This document shows, one piece after another, positions 38,106 through 47,785 of a stretch of DNA of 64,000 nt. Each line of letters opens with the position of its first letter. Within the stretch, counting starts at the first letter, position 1. Position numbers and translations under genes: made by a program. The notes below the pieces were generated by a model, which was not told where the DNA came from, ran no database searches, and saw only the letters and a program-made list of their open reading frames with translations. This DNA comes from Spirochaetia bacterium (lineage in GTDB: Bacteria > Spirochaetota > Spirochaetia > SP-2023): NCBI GenBank assembly GCA_965263295.1, contig OZ253665.1, positions 2,016,001 through 2,080,000 of the forward strand, given 5' to 3'.

Positions 38106-39998
38106 TTATTTTATACGACGTTTAGTGAAAGGCTGATACTTGTGTCCGGACCATTCCAGACCGATGTGGTTGGAAAATTCCAGCATGTTCAAACGTACTG
38201 CGTGAACAATCACAGAAAGGCAACCCAGTACAAAGTTGATGACATGACCGATAAGCAACACGAGGACACCCGCAAGCAGCAGCAGAACTCCCAGCGAGCC
38301 CCCTGCAGAACTGACAATGCCCCCTCCCATACTGTTAAAGCTTGAAGCAATTGAAAATGAGGCAATCCCCACTGCAAACAGACGGATATACGACATGATA
38401 TCACCAAAGAGCCCCACAGTATCCAAAAATGTTGTAAATAACCCAGTCAAACCGCGCAGGATCCCAGTGAAAAAATTCACCCCACGTTCCTGTTGTCCAA
38501 AACAGATGACGACTCCAAGACCGCCCAGAAGGCTAGGCACAGCCTGCGATGGAATACTGTCACCGATGCGCACCATCCAGAGCAGCACCCAGTACAGGCC
38601 ATTAATCATGGCAATCATGCCCAGGTTAGTCAGGGCCTTTAATTCACCGCATCTAAGTTCACGCAGCATACGCCACAAGTGCGCGACAATCAGATGAACG
38701 GCACCTAAGCTAAAGCACAACCACATGATAAAATTTTGCTGCTCTTTGGCACTGTGCTGAAACAACTCAGGATATACCGAAAGCTGCCAAACGCTATAGC
38801 TCTTGAACAGTTCCATACTGGCAATACTTTGGGAACCGAACCAAGACCCTGAGGCCGTCCCCCAAATGAAAGTCGCCAAACCTGAAACGTAGAGCATCTG
38901 CACAAGACTGCTAAACTTCTTTGTCGCTATTTGAGCGACCAAACCAAGCAATATAATGACTAAACCATAGACAGCATCACTCATAATCATTGCGACAAAT
39001 ACGGTGAAGAAACTAAAGAACGAAAATGATATGTCAGGTTCATGATAAGCTGGCGTCACTTCGAGAAAAGACATTACTGGATTAATCATGCGCGAAATAA
39101 AATTCTGCTTTAGTTTAGTTGGGGCCCGGTCCCCTTGATTTAGATCAACATCACGGAGCACCAGCCCAAACGAATAGTTCTTGGCCAACAGCTTCAAGTC
39201 GTTGACACTCTCTTCTGGAACATAGCCACTCAGCAGGAAAAGGCCATCACCAACGTCTTCCAAACTGTTGTATGCCTTTTCAAACTCAAGTTGATCGGCG
39301 AGATCTTCGCTATAGGCAAACAGCACATTTTGTTCAAAGAGCCGATCCCGAAGATTCTTCTCTATATTTCTGTTGCGCTGTTGTAATTTCTCAATGCGCT
39401 TGCGGGCCTCTGCATTAGAAGAATCTGGCAAATCAAGTTCTACAGGTAAATGAGCAAAGAGTTCCCGCTTCTCTGTTTGGCCAGTCATCCCCCTGTCAAC
39501 GACAGCGACCAGAGTTTTGTCGGTACCCATGCGATCAATCACGAGATACTCAATCGGGCTCTCCCGCAAAAAAGAGAGATGGTGATCATTTACCGCAAAC
39601 AAATGGATTTCAATTCCATCCGCTTTCAGATCGCGAATCAGGTTGGGATCAAATTCCTCCCAAGGCAAACAATTCTTGACCCGCTCCTGCAGTATGTGTA
39701 TCTCTTCATTATTGCGTTGTTCTTCCAAAACCAGTTCGTTCAGATCCTGCTGCAAAGCCTCAACCTTGGCGACATCGTAACTGGATACCATCTGGTAGCT
39801 CTGCTTGGGGGCCAGGGACTTAAAGCGCTTCAGAATCACCTCCAGGCTAGCCAGCCCTCGGTGCAGTTGAGCAATTTTTTGGGATTCATAACGCTGCTGA
39901 TCAATATGCAAAACCCCTAGTTGCTGGACTTTTTCCAAGCAGCTCTTAACATGGCGCTCCTGCAACAGGATAAAGCAGCGCTTCATTGCAACGATCAT
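38106..39998 (-). CDS. ntpI: V/A-type ATP synthase subunit I
   Basis: DIMSYIRLFAVG, VHAVRLNMLEF, YQPF. Confidence 0.95.
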   Translation of the reverse strand: MIVAMKRCFILLQERHVKSCLEKVQQLGVLHIDQQRYESQKIAQLHRGLASLEVILKRFKSLAPKQSYQMVSSYDVAKVEALQQDLNELVLEEQRNNEEIHILQERVKNCLPWEEFDPNLIRDLKADGIEIHLFAVNDHHLSFLRESPIEYLVIDRMGTDKTLVAVVDRGMTGQTEKRELFAHLPVELDLPDSSNAEARKRIEKLQQRNRNIEKNLRDRLFEQNVLFAYSEDLADQLEFEKAYNSLEDVGDGLFLLSGYVPEESVNDLKLLAKNYSFGLVLRDVDLNQGDRAPTKLKQNFISRMINPVMSFLEVTPAYHEPDISFSFFSFFTVFVAMIMSDAVYGLVIILLGLVAQIATKKFSSLVQMLYVSGLATFIWGTASGSWFGSQSIASMELFKSYSVWQLSVYPELFQHSAKEQQNFIMWLCFSLGAVHLIVAHLWRMLRELRCGELKALTNLGMIAMINGLYWVLLWMVRIGDSIPSQAVPSLLGGLGVVICFGQQERGVNFFTGILRGLTGLFTTFLDTVGLFGDIMSYIRLFAVGIASFSIASSFNSMGGGIVSSAGGSLGVLLLLAGVLVLLIGHVINFVLGCLSVIVHAVRLNMLEFSNHIGLEWSGHKYQPFTKRRIK

Positions 39999-40633
39999 GC
40001 AGCCTCCCTCGCAGAATCTCTGGCCGCATCCGCAGCAGAATTGCGCTCTTCTAATTTCTTTTTAGCGATTTTACCACAAACGACGGCCGCTGTCTGTTGA
40101 TCTCCCATATATACGGCAATTTTTTTAATATTTGCTTTAGTCTCAGGTATCCTAATCTTTTCAAAAAGGTTCACACGCTGTGTCGTCACGCGCAACTCGG
40201 CCTCCAATCGGCGTTTCTGTTCCTGATAGATATCGTGCTGCAAGCGCAGGGAAATAGTGTCCTTAATAGCCTGAATACCGTGATCTATCCATGGAGGTGT
40301 ATCAAATAGATCATAGACCATCACATTAAAAGTCACTTTCTCAAACACGGGGATCTCAACACCGGCAATGTTGCCAGAGCCAGTAATTAGCTCACGTACC
40401 GAAAGATAATCCTCAAAAGGGAAACCTTCAGCATAAAGTGCCACCCAAGATTCCAGATGGCTCTGAAAGGCCTGCAGTTGCCTGAAGACCTCATCAGCTT
40501 TTGCTTGTACCCCAGCAATTTCTACTTGCAATTGCTGTTTCTTGAGCTGCAGGGTCGGCAGGTAGCGCTGAAACATTTTCAAAGCGTCTTTTTGTTTCTT
40601 CAACTCGTTTTTTGTCAACTTTATCTTAGCCAT
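39995..40633 (-). CDS. ntpD: V/A-type ATP synthase subunit D
   Basis: MAKIKLTKNELK, LPTLQLKKQQL, TTQRVNLFEK. Confidence 0.95.
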   Translation of the reverse strand: MAKIKLTKNELKKQKDALKMFQRYLPTLQLKKQQLQVEIAGVQAKADEVFRQLQAFQSHLESWVALYAEGFPFEDYLSVRELITGSGNIAGVEIPVFEKVTFNVMVYDLFDTPPWIDHGIQAIKDTISLRLQHDIYQEQKRRLEAELRVTTQRVNLFEKIRIPETKANIKKIAVYMGDQQTAAVVCGKIAKKKLEERNSAADAARDSAREAA

Positions 40634-40668
40634 AGCAAACAAGTCCTCCTATATCGAAATAGCCAGCA

Positions 40669-41988
40669 CTAGCCAATGCTCCTGCTCTTCGGCCAAAATT
40701 TCTCAATCAGATTTGAACGCAGGCCGGTTTCCTCCGGCTCAAAGCATTCACAGAGTATCTTCCAACCGTTATCTAACTGCTGCTCCAAAGGGACATTCAC
40801 CGACAGATCCATCATCTCGGACTCAAATAGCTGACCATATTTGAGCAGCTTATTGTCCCAGGAACTCATGGCAAAACCCATAGATTGCTTTTCCAGCGAG
40901 GATCTATAGTTTGCGTACAGCTTGATCATACCATCCATAATGGCACGATGATCTTCACGAGTCGCATCATTTACTTGCTGCTTAAGGCGCGACAGCGAAC
41001 CAAAAGGTTCAATGCGGCCGCCGCGCAGGTAGTACTGACCTTCCGTAATATATCCCGTGTTGTCGGGAACCGGATGGGTGACATCATCCCCCGGCATAGT
41101 CGTAACGGCGAGCAAAGTGATTGAACCGCTACCTTCAATGTCCACAGCTTTTTCATAGCGAGAAGCCAGCTGGGAGTACAAGTCCCCCGGATAACCGCGG
41201 TTCGAAGGGACCTGTTCCTGCGTAATCGCAATCTCCTTCATGGAGTCCGCGAAGTTGGTCATGTCCGTCAACAGAACCAGAACGTTCTTGCCCTGCAAGG
41301 CAAATTTTTCAGCAATGGCCAACGAAATATCGGGCACCATCAGACATTCGACCACAGGGTCTGAAGCCGTGTGCACAAACATGATTGTCTTGCTCAGGGC
41401 ACCACCTTCTTCAAGGGTATCACGGAAATACAAGTAATCGTCATACTTTAAGCCCATGCCCCCCAGTATAATCAAGTCGACTTCAGCCTGCATGGCGATG
41501 CGTGCCAACAACTGGTTATAGGGTTCACCAGAGATAGAAAAGATCGGCAACTTTTGCGACACCACCAGAGTGTTGAAAAGGTCAATCATCGGAATGCCGG
41601 TGCGGATCATGTGCTTGGGGACGATGCGCTTTGCCGGATTAAACGAAGGGCCGCCGATCGTAATCAGGTTCTCCTGCAGCGTGGGGCCGTTGTCTCGAGG
41701 TTCTCCAGAGCCGTTAAAAACCCGGCCTAACAGGTTTTCAGAAAAAGAAACGCGCATCGGATTGCCGAAGAAACGCACTTCGTCGCTAGTCGAAACACCG
41801 CGGCCACCGGCAAATACTTGCAGGGTTACCACGCCTTGATCCAGCTTAATAACTTCAGCCAAAGAGGCGCCAAAACGAGTTTTGATCTCGGCGAGTTCGC
41901 CGTAGGCAATCCCTTCGGCGCGAACGGTAATAACGCTACCGGCAATGGTTTCAATCTTGCTGTAAACTTTATTCGTCAATTGACTCAT
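40669..41988 (-). CDS. ntpB: V/A-type ATP synthase subunit B
   Basis: [34 protein letters not shown]. Confidence 0.97.
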   Translation of the reverse strand: MSQLTNKVYSKIETIAGSVITVRAEGIAYGELAEIKTRFGASLAEVIKLDQGVVTLQVFAGGRGVSTSDEVRFFGNPMRVSFSENLLGRVFNGSGEPRDNGPTLQENLITIGGPSFNPAKRIVPKHMIRTGIPMIDLFNTLVVSQKLPIFSISGEPYNQLLARIAMQAEVDLIILGGMGLKYDDYLYFRDTLEEGGALSKTIMFVHTASDPVVECLMVPDISLAIAEKFALQGKNVLVLLTDMTNFADSMKEIAITQEQVPSNRGYPGDLYSQLASRYEKAVDIEGSGSITLLAVTTMPGDDVTHPVPDNTGYITEGQYYLRGGRIEPFGSLSRLKQQVNDATREDHRAIMDGMIKLYANYRSSLEKQSMGFAMSSWDNKLLKYGQLFESEMMDLSVNVPLEQQLDNGWKILCECFEPEETGLRSNLIEKFWPKSRSIG

Positions 41989-43775
41989 GCTTTGGCCTCC
42001 AAAATTTCTTCCGCACCTTCTTGGTATCCAAGTCCCTTGGATTGAATCAGATCGCGAACTTCTTTTTCTAAATTTCTAAATTCAGCTGACGGCTGATCAT
42101 TGTCCCAGGCTGTCCCATTCATATCCAAAATCAACATGCGCAACTTGTTAAAAAACTGGCGGGCTTCATCCTTGTCATCAAAGTCAAACTTGGTGAGCAG
42201 ACAATGCAACAACAGGGCAAACACATAGTCCTGGCGCTCAGGTGAAACTGCGGCATCGACTGGGTGAAACGAATTTTGCTGAATATAAGTGGAGTCGATT
42301 AATTCACCTTTTTCATAAATTATGTAATCGCCCATTGAGGTCCCCTCTTCGCCAACCACTTTCATCATGGCTTCAACCTCAAAACCACGGTGCAGAATGC
42401 GATTCGCAAAGTCACGCTTGGCGTCGGGAACGATACCCCTATACTTGCTCCACGACTCAATCGGGTGAATCGCCGGGAACTTGCGCGCGTCAGAACGCTC
42501 ACGCGACAAGCCGTGAAAGGCGCCAACCACCTTCAGCGTCGCTTGCGTCACGGGTTCTTCAAAATTCCCGCCGGCCGGGGAGACCGAACCGCCAATGGTG
42601 ACCGAACCAATTTCGCCTGTGTTCAGGCGCACAATGCCAGCGCGTTCATAAAAGGCGGCAATACTGGACTCCAAATACGCAGGGAACGCCTCCTCCCCAG
42701 GAATCTCTTCCAGACGGCCCGACATCTCACGCATGGCCTGAGCCCAACGCGAGGTAGAGTCCGCCAACATCAAGACGTTTAACCCCATCTGCCGGAAGTA
42801 CTCGGCCAGGGTGACAGCGGTGTACACAGACGCCTCGCGCGCCGCCACGGGCATCGACGAAGTATTGCAAATAATAATTGTACGTTCCATGAGCGAACGG
42901 CCGGTGCGCGGGTCATTCAGTTCGGGGAATTCAACCAGCGTCTCCACGACCTCACCGGCACGTTCGCCACAGGCGGCAATAATGACAATATCCACTTCAG
43001 CGTGGCGGCTGGTGACCTGCTGCAAGACAGTTTTACCGGCGCCAAAGGGACCGGGAATACAATACGTCCCCCCCAGGGCCACCGGGAAAAAGGTGTCGAC
43101 CAGGCGAACCTTGGTCACCATCGGCTCAGTCGGTTTCAGACGTTCGGCATACCGGGTGATCGGCCGCTTTACCGGCCAGGTAAACACCATGCTTAACTTG
43201 TGCTTTTTGCCAGATTCAATTTCCCGAATCTCGGCAATCTCTTCCTTAATCGTATATCGCCCGGCCTTTGCAACTGAGATGACCTCACATTTGGCGTCAA
43301 TGCCAAAGGGAACCATAATACGGTGCTGGAAAGCGCCTTCTGGAACGGTCCCGACGGTATCGCCGCCACTGAGACGATCACCTTCAACGGCCTGTGGCGT
43401 AAAATCCCACTGACGGTCACGGGGCAGCGGTTCCAGATAGACTCCGCGCTCCAAAAAGTGCCCCGCGGCTTCCGCCAACTCAGGCAGGGGGTTTTGCAGA
43501 CCATCGTAAATCTGAGTCAACAGTCCCGGCCCCAGTTCCACGGCCAGCAACTCATCGGTAAACTCTACCACAGCGCCGATACGCAGCCCTTTAGTCGGCT
43601 CAAATACCTGCAACTGAGCTAGGTCACCGCGGATACGGATGACCTCAGCCTTTAGACGGCGAGCCTCTTTCCCCTCGTCGAGGGCAATGTAGGCGACTTC
43701 ATTCAAAGACACTTTGCCATCAAATGCCACGGTAACCATGTTACCATTTACGCCTTGGATTTTCCCTTGCGCCAT
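41985..43775 (-). CDS. ntpA: V/A-type ATP synthase subunit A
   Basis: [35 protein letters not shown]; no intein. Confidence 0.97.
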   Translation of the reverse strand: MAQGKIQGVNGNMVTVAFDGKVSLNEVAYIALDEGKEARRLKAEVIRIRGDLAQLQVFEPTKGLRIGAVVEFTDELLAVELGPGLLTQIYDGLQNPLPELAEAAGHFLERGVYLEPLPRDRQWDFTPQAVEGDRLSGGDTVGTVPEGAFQHRIMVPFGIDAKCEVISVAKAGRYTIKEEIAEIREIESGKKHKLSMVFTWPVKRPITRYAERLKPTEPMVTKVRLVDTFFPVALGGTYCIPGPFGAGKTVLQQVTSRHAEVDIVIIAACGERAGEVVETLVEFPELNDPRTGRSLMERTIIICNTSSMPVAAREASVYTAVTLAEYFRQMGLNVLMLADSTSRWAQAMREMSGRLEEIPGEEAFPAYLESSIAAFYERAGIVRLNTGEIGSVTIGGSVSPAGGNFEEPVTQATLKVVGAFHGLSRERSDARKFPAIHPIESWSKYRGIVPDAKRDFANRILHRGFEVEAMMKVVGEEGTSMGDYIIYEKGELIDSTYIQQNSFHPVDAAVSPERQDYVFALLLHCLLTKFDFDDKDEARQFFNKLRMLILDMNGTAWDNDQPSAEFRNLEKEVRDLIQSKGLGYQEGAEEILEAKA

Positions 43776-44329
43776 TACACTTCTCCTACCTTCTCATCTT
43801 CGACAATTTCTTTGCTAACTTTCTCATACAGCTCTTTCCCGGCGTCTTGTTGCCATAGAGCCGAGCGCTCCAAGATTTTCAACTTCAGCAGGTAGCAAGC
43901 GAGGAATACCATATCAAACAGCCGAGCGCCACACAGCTCGTCGAGCTTGGCCCAGCGCAACTGATCCAAGCCCCGCTCAATGGCAAAAGGTCCTTGCTGC
44001 AGAATCTGCTCCACGGCAGCAGCCATCATGGCGCTGCCCGCCGCACCACTGCGCGGCTTGGCAGCGCCGCCACGCTGCCCTATCATTTTCAAACGCTGCA
44101 TCATCACCTGATTGCGCAGTGCGACTTCCCAGGCATAGTAATCAGAAAAAAAGCCCGAATTTAACACCCGGCGACTGGCCTGGCCAAAGTCCAAATCACT
44201 CAGCTTCTCAAAATCTGCCCTCGAAATATTCGTCGATGCCGACTGTAAAAAATTCTCACTACTCAACGGAGGTTCCATGCCGTAAGACAGAGAAGGCAGC
44301 GAGGTACAAAAATAAATATACTCAGCCAC
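43775..44329 (-). CDS. DUF2764-family V-ATPase subunit C-like protein
   Basis: YIYFCTSLPSL, WEVALRN, YLLKLKILER; lies between E and A. Confidence 0.8.
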   Translation of the reverse strand: MAEYIYFCTSLPSLSYGMEPPLSSENFLQSASTNISRADFEKLSDLDFGQASRRVLNSGFFSDYYAWEVALRNQVMMQRLKMIGQRGGAAKPRSGAAGSAMMAAAVEQILQQGPFAIERGLDQLRWAKLDELCGARLFDMVFLACYLLKLKILERSALWQQDAGKELYEKVSKEIVEDEKVGEV

Positions 44330-44348
44330 AGCGATAACCTAGGCTCAA

Positions 44349-44942
44349 TTAAGACAAGTACGAGACGAATTTGGGATTCAGGAGCTGCGCCAAAGTGTTA
44401 CTGATTTCTTCATCGGTAAAATCAAAGTAAGCGGTACCGTCGCGGAAGCTGATGCGCAGGCCGGCTTTCATGCCCTCCAGAGGCTTAATGGCAAATTCGT
44501 CGTCCAGCATTTCATCTTTCAGCTTTTTCAGGAGGCTGTCCGCCAGAGCCGCGGCATCAGAAGTAGAAAGCTGTAGTTCTATCGCCGTACCGGCAGACCA
44601 GCCTTTCATTAGACCCAAAACAATCCGCTCCAGACTCTCGCCACTCAAGACCTGGGCGACATCTTGCTGCAATAACTTACGGAACAATTCTTCCAGTTCT
44701 TTGCGGACGGCCAGAACCACATCCCGTCCGGCCTGACGCAGAGAGTCTTCGACTGTTTTTTTTAGCTTTTCGGTCTCTGCTTCAACCTTGCGCAGAGAGT
44801 CGCGCCCGCTCTCCTCGGCACTGGCAATTATACGACGAGCTTCTTCTTTCGCCTGAGCGATGATATCTGTCGCCTCTTTGCGCGCACTCTCCACTCCGTC
44901 CGATTTAATACTGCGAACCAGCGGATCTAATTGTATTTCCAT
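44349..44942 (-). CDS. ntpE: V/A-type ATP synthase subunit E
   Basis: IKSDGVESARKEA coiled coil, AYFDFTDE. Confidence 0.9.
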   Translation of the reverse strand: MEIQLDPLVRSIKSDGVESARKEATDIIAQAKEEARRIIASAEESGRDSLRKVEAETEKLKKTVEDSLRQAGRDVVLAVRKELEELFRKLLQQDVAQVLSGESLERIVLGLMKGWSAGTAIELQLSTSDAAALADSLLKKLKDEMLDDEFAIKPLEGMKAGLRISFRDGTAYFDFTDEEISNTLAQLLNPKFVSYLS

Positions 44943-45056
44943 AAAAACTTACAGCTCCTTTCTAGTTGGGCTCACTCTTAAAGTTCTGTATTTTGAAAAC
45001 GACATTTCAGACAATACCAAAACAGCGCGAGCAGTTGATTATAGAACGACCTAACT

Positions 45057-45473
45057 TTAAAGTATACTATTAATTCTTTCAAGTACTTTTTTACGATCCA
45101 GCGGCTTAACGATATAATTTTTGGCGCCAAGCATGAGCGATTTTTTTACCATTTCCTGTTTGCCCAAGGCGCTGACCATGACTATTTTTGCCGATGGATT
45201 GCTCTGCATTATTTTCTCCAGAGCCGTCACCCCATCCATCTTTGGCATGGTAATATCCATTGTCACAATGTCTGGCTTGAGTTCATGATACTTGGCGACA
45301 GCTTGTTCGCCATCTTCGGCTGTCCCGACGACATTAAAGCCTTCAGAACTAAGTATTTGAGTAATCTGCTTGGTCACAAAAATTGAATCGTCCACAACCA
45401 AAACTGTATATGCACCTTCTTTTTTCGGCACGTTGCCAGTACCAATCTTTATGTCGCCAGACACAGCTTTCAT
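45057..45473 (-). CDS. cheY: chemotaxis response regulator CheY
   Basis: VVDDS, MDITMPKMDG, VSALG, YIVKP. Confidence 0.95.
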   Translation of the reverse strand: MKAVSGDIKIGTGNVPKKEGAYTVLVVDDSIFVTKQITQILSSEGFNVVGTAEDGEQAVAKYHELKPDIVTMDITMPKMDGVTALEKIMQSNPSAKIVMVSALGKQEMVKKSLMLGAKNYIVKPLDRKKVLERINSIL

Positions 45474-45525
45474 AAATAACTCCTTATTTAGAGCTCATAA
45501 AATTAAAGTTACGAGCGTCGATAGG

Positions 45526-46008
45526 TTACTCAGTTTGGGCAAGCTTGTCAAAAATGGAGATATTAAAATCCACCATGCCTAGTTCTGTATCCAACGGCAG
45601 AATCAGAATCTCCCGCGGAGAATGAGCCAATCTCATTTGTTTACCGATAAAAATTGCCGGAGGTGTAATATCAAAGGTAAAACCCATTTCTTGCAGTTCT
45701 GTAATTGCCCGACCCGCCACCATATTGGCAATTTCCTGAATGGTTGACTGAACCATTTCATTAATTTCGCTAAATTCTTCTCCATTTATCTCATTGGCAA
45801 TGTTTAAAGCGGTATCCTCTTCCATATCCAGCAAGACCCGACCTTCAGCTTGCCCGGTAAGGCCAATCACGGCAACCAGCCCCATAACCTGCTGCGAATT
45901 ATGTTTTTTCAGGTATATTTTTTCCCGCGAAACTCGGTCTTCGCCTAAGAATTCGCACATTATAGAGTATGCAGCTTTCACAAATGGATTGATGTACTCA
46001 ACTCTCAT
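45526..46008 (-). CDS. cheX: chemotaxis phosphatase CheX
   Basis: MRVEYINPF, IGLTG, EIANM (ExxN), DITPP. Confidence 0.95.
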   Translation of the reverse strand: MRVEYINPFVKAAYSIMCEFLGEDRVSREKIYLKKHNSQQVMGLVAVIGLTGQAEGRVLLDMEEDTALNIANEINGEEFSEINEMVQSTIQEIANMVAGRAITELQEMGFTFDITPPAIFIGKQMRLAHSPREILILPLDTELGMVDFNISIFDKLAQTE

Positions 46009-47705
46009 TTCTCAATTACCTCTTCTGTCTTCTTGCGATAAATTTTTAGCGGTTCGCGTTCTACCAAAAGCCACTCGGTGGGATCTAACTCTTCATTATC
46101 TCCTATGACCAGCAAACCATCTCCCTTAAGCGAACGACTAATAGTTTGCAAGACATGCTTCTGGTCCGCCACGGCATGCCGAGACAACAAGTCGCGGACC
46201 ACAATTAAATCAGCACTCGTGTGCGGCGTCGAGTGTATGACATCCTGATACTCAAAAATGATGCGGTCTTTCAGCTCCTTTTTAAAACCGTACCCTTCAT
46301 TACCTCGCTTCTCGTTCAAATGCTCCCGCAACCATTTTGGCAATTCCGACGGAGCGCCGACACTCTGGAGCGGAGCTTCAGATACTTCCAATAAATCAGA
46401 GTCTGCAGCCCGAACCTGCAAGTTTGCTTCAGGCGCGGCATTGACCAGAGACGCCGCGAGCGAATACGTTTCCCGTCCATTGCTACAGCCTGCGTGCCAA
46501 ACATTTAAATTGCCGCTTCGGTTGTGGAAGTGGCGACTCAGAGCCTGCTGCAAAGTTCCCGACCAATAACTTTGTGAATCTTTAGATCTTAGCAACTGAA
46601 TGAACTCTTTGCGATTATGCAAAGATTCGAGAACTTCATTGTCGGGGACATTAATACTTTTAGATCGGCGCCATTCATGCCATCTTCGTTCCACCACACG
46701 GGCATTCAACGGCGAGACGACAAAGCCCTCTCTGGCCAGGGCTTTCGCCAGCATCACTTGACCGTGAGTCAAGCCTGTAAAGTTATCCGGGACAAGCTCA
46801 TCTTGATGGTCGGCTGCGGAAGATTCTGCGGCCATGATTTCTTGTTGGCTAGAATCATCCTCAGCGACAGACTCGTTTTGGTGTTCATCTTTTGTTCCAG
46901 CCGGTCGCCCCGGCTCTTGTTGAATTTGGGTTGCGGCGGCCTGTTCCTGCGAATTATTTAGCGCCACTGCAGGCGCAGTGACCATATCTCGTCGAGCTGG
47001 AGCTGGATACGACGGCTCCCTGGCAAGGCTTGAGGTCCCAGGAGGAGCCCCTATCTCCTGCTGAGAGGATGGGTATTCCACCGATTGCCTCAGCGGCAGA
47101 TTGCGGCTCTGCTTCCTGGCGATACGGGCAAAAGTGGCATCAAAGTCAAACCCTGCCGATTCACTGGGATCCAGGTTGGGATCAATGATTCGATCCATAG
47201 CCAGAATTATATACAGCTGTTCCTTGTAGTCGACAATTCCATCAATATACGGTACATCCAGCTCTGAAAACAAAGGATGCGAGCTTTGAATCATCTTGCG
47301 GTCAATGCCTACCACGTGGCTAATATTATCGACGATGATGCCAATATTAATAGAGCCAAATGTCAGGATAATCAAGTCTTCACAGATATCATTATTGCCG
47401 GTAATATCCATTTCGGAGCTCTCTTCTGTGATTTCCAGATTAAAGAACAAGCGCATATCAATAATGGGAATAATCTCACCGCGCAGGTTGAATACCCCGC
47501 GCACATAGTTTGCGGTGTTCGGCACATAGGTAAAACGCCGGGCGCTAGAAATCTCCTTAACTTGCATTATGTCAATTCCATAGGCCTTGCGGCCGAGACT
47601 AAACGTCACCATGCGAAAATCGTCCATGGCGGCGGCGACATCGCGGCGCTTTCCACCTTGCGAAAGAGTCCCACTCTGTGCTTGTGTTTTCAAGTCCTCA
47701 GGCAT
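46005..47705 (-). CDS. cheW: CheW-CheR fusion (Borrelia CheW3-like)
   Basis: N-terminal CheW (YGIDIMQVKEI, GVFNLRGEIIPIID), long linker, C-terminal CheR-like domain (VWHAGCSNGRETYS). Confidence 0.9.
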   Translation of the reverse strand: MPEDLKTQAQSGTLSQGGKRRDVAAAMDDFRMVTFSLGRKAYGIDIMQVKEISSARRFTYVPNTANYVRGVFNLRGEIIPIIDMRLFFNLEITEESSEMDITGNNDICEDLIILTFGSINIGIIVDNISHVVGIDRKMIQSSHPLFSELDVPYIDGIVDYKEQLYIILAMDRIIDPNLDPSESAGFDFDATFARIARKQSRNLPLRQSVEYPSSQQEIGAPPGTSSLAREPSYPAPARRDMVTAPAVALNNSQEQAAATQIQQEPGRPAGTKDEHQNESVAEDDSSQQEIMAAESSAADHQDELVPDNFTGLTHGQVMLAKALAREGFVVSPLNARVVERRWHEWRRSKSINVPDNEVLESLHNRKEFIQLLRSKDSQSYWSGTLQQALSRHFHNRSGNLNVWHAGCSNGRETYSLAASLVNAAPEANLQVRAADSDLLEVSEAPLQSVGAPSELPKWLREHLNEKRGNEGYGFKKELKDRIIFEYQDVIHSTPHTSADLIVVRDLLSRHAVADQKHVLQTISRSLKGDGLLVIGDNEELDPTEWLLVEREPLKIYRKKTEEVIEK

Positions 47706-47785
47706 GGAAGACCTCCCTATTCGGTGCTCGCGTGCTTTCTAAACAGGCCTTGCAAACGCAGGCCTTGCAAACAACGGCACCGCAA

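Noticed and set aside
41985..43775. Intein in V-ATPase A, or inteins explaining the long MutS/RecJ/ClpB
   Set aside because: Subunit A is normal length; the insertions lack intein terminal motifs and LAGLIDADG blocks.
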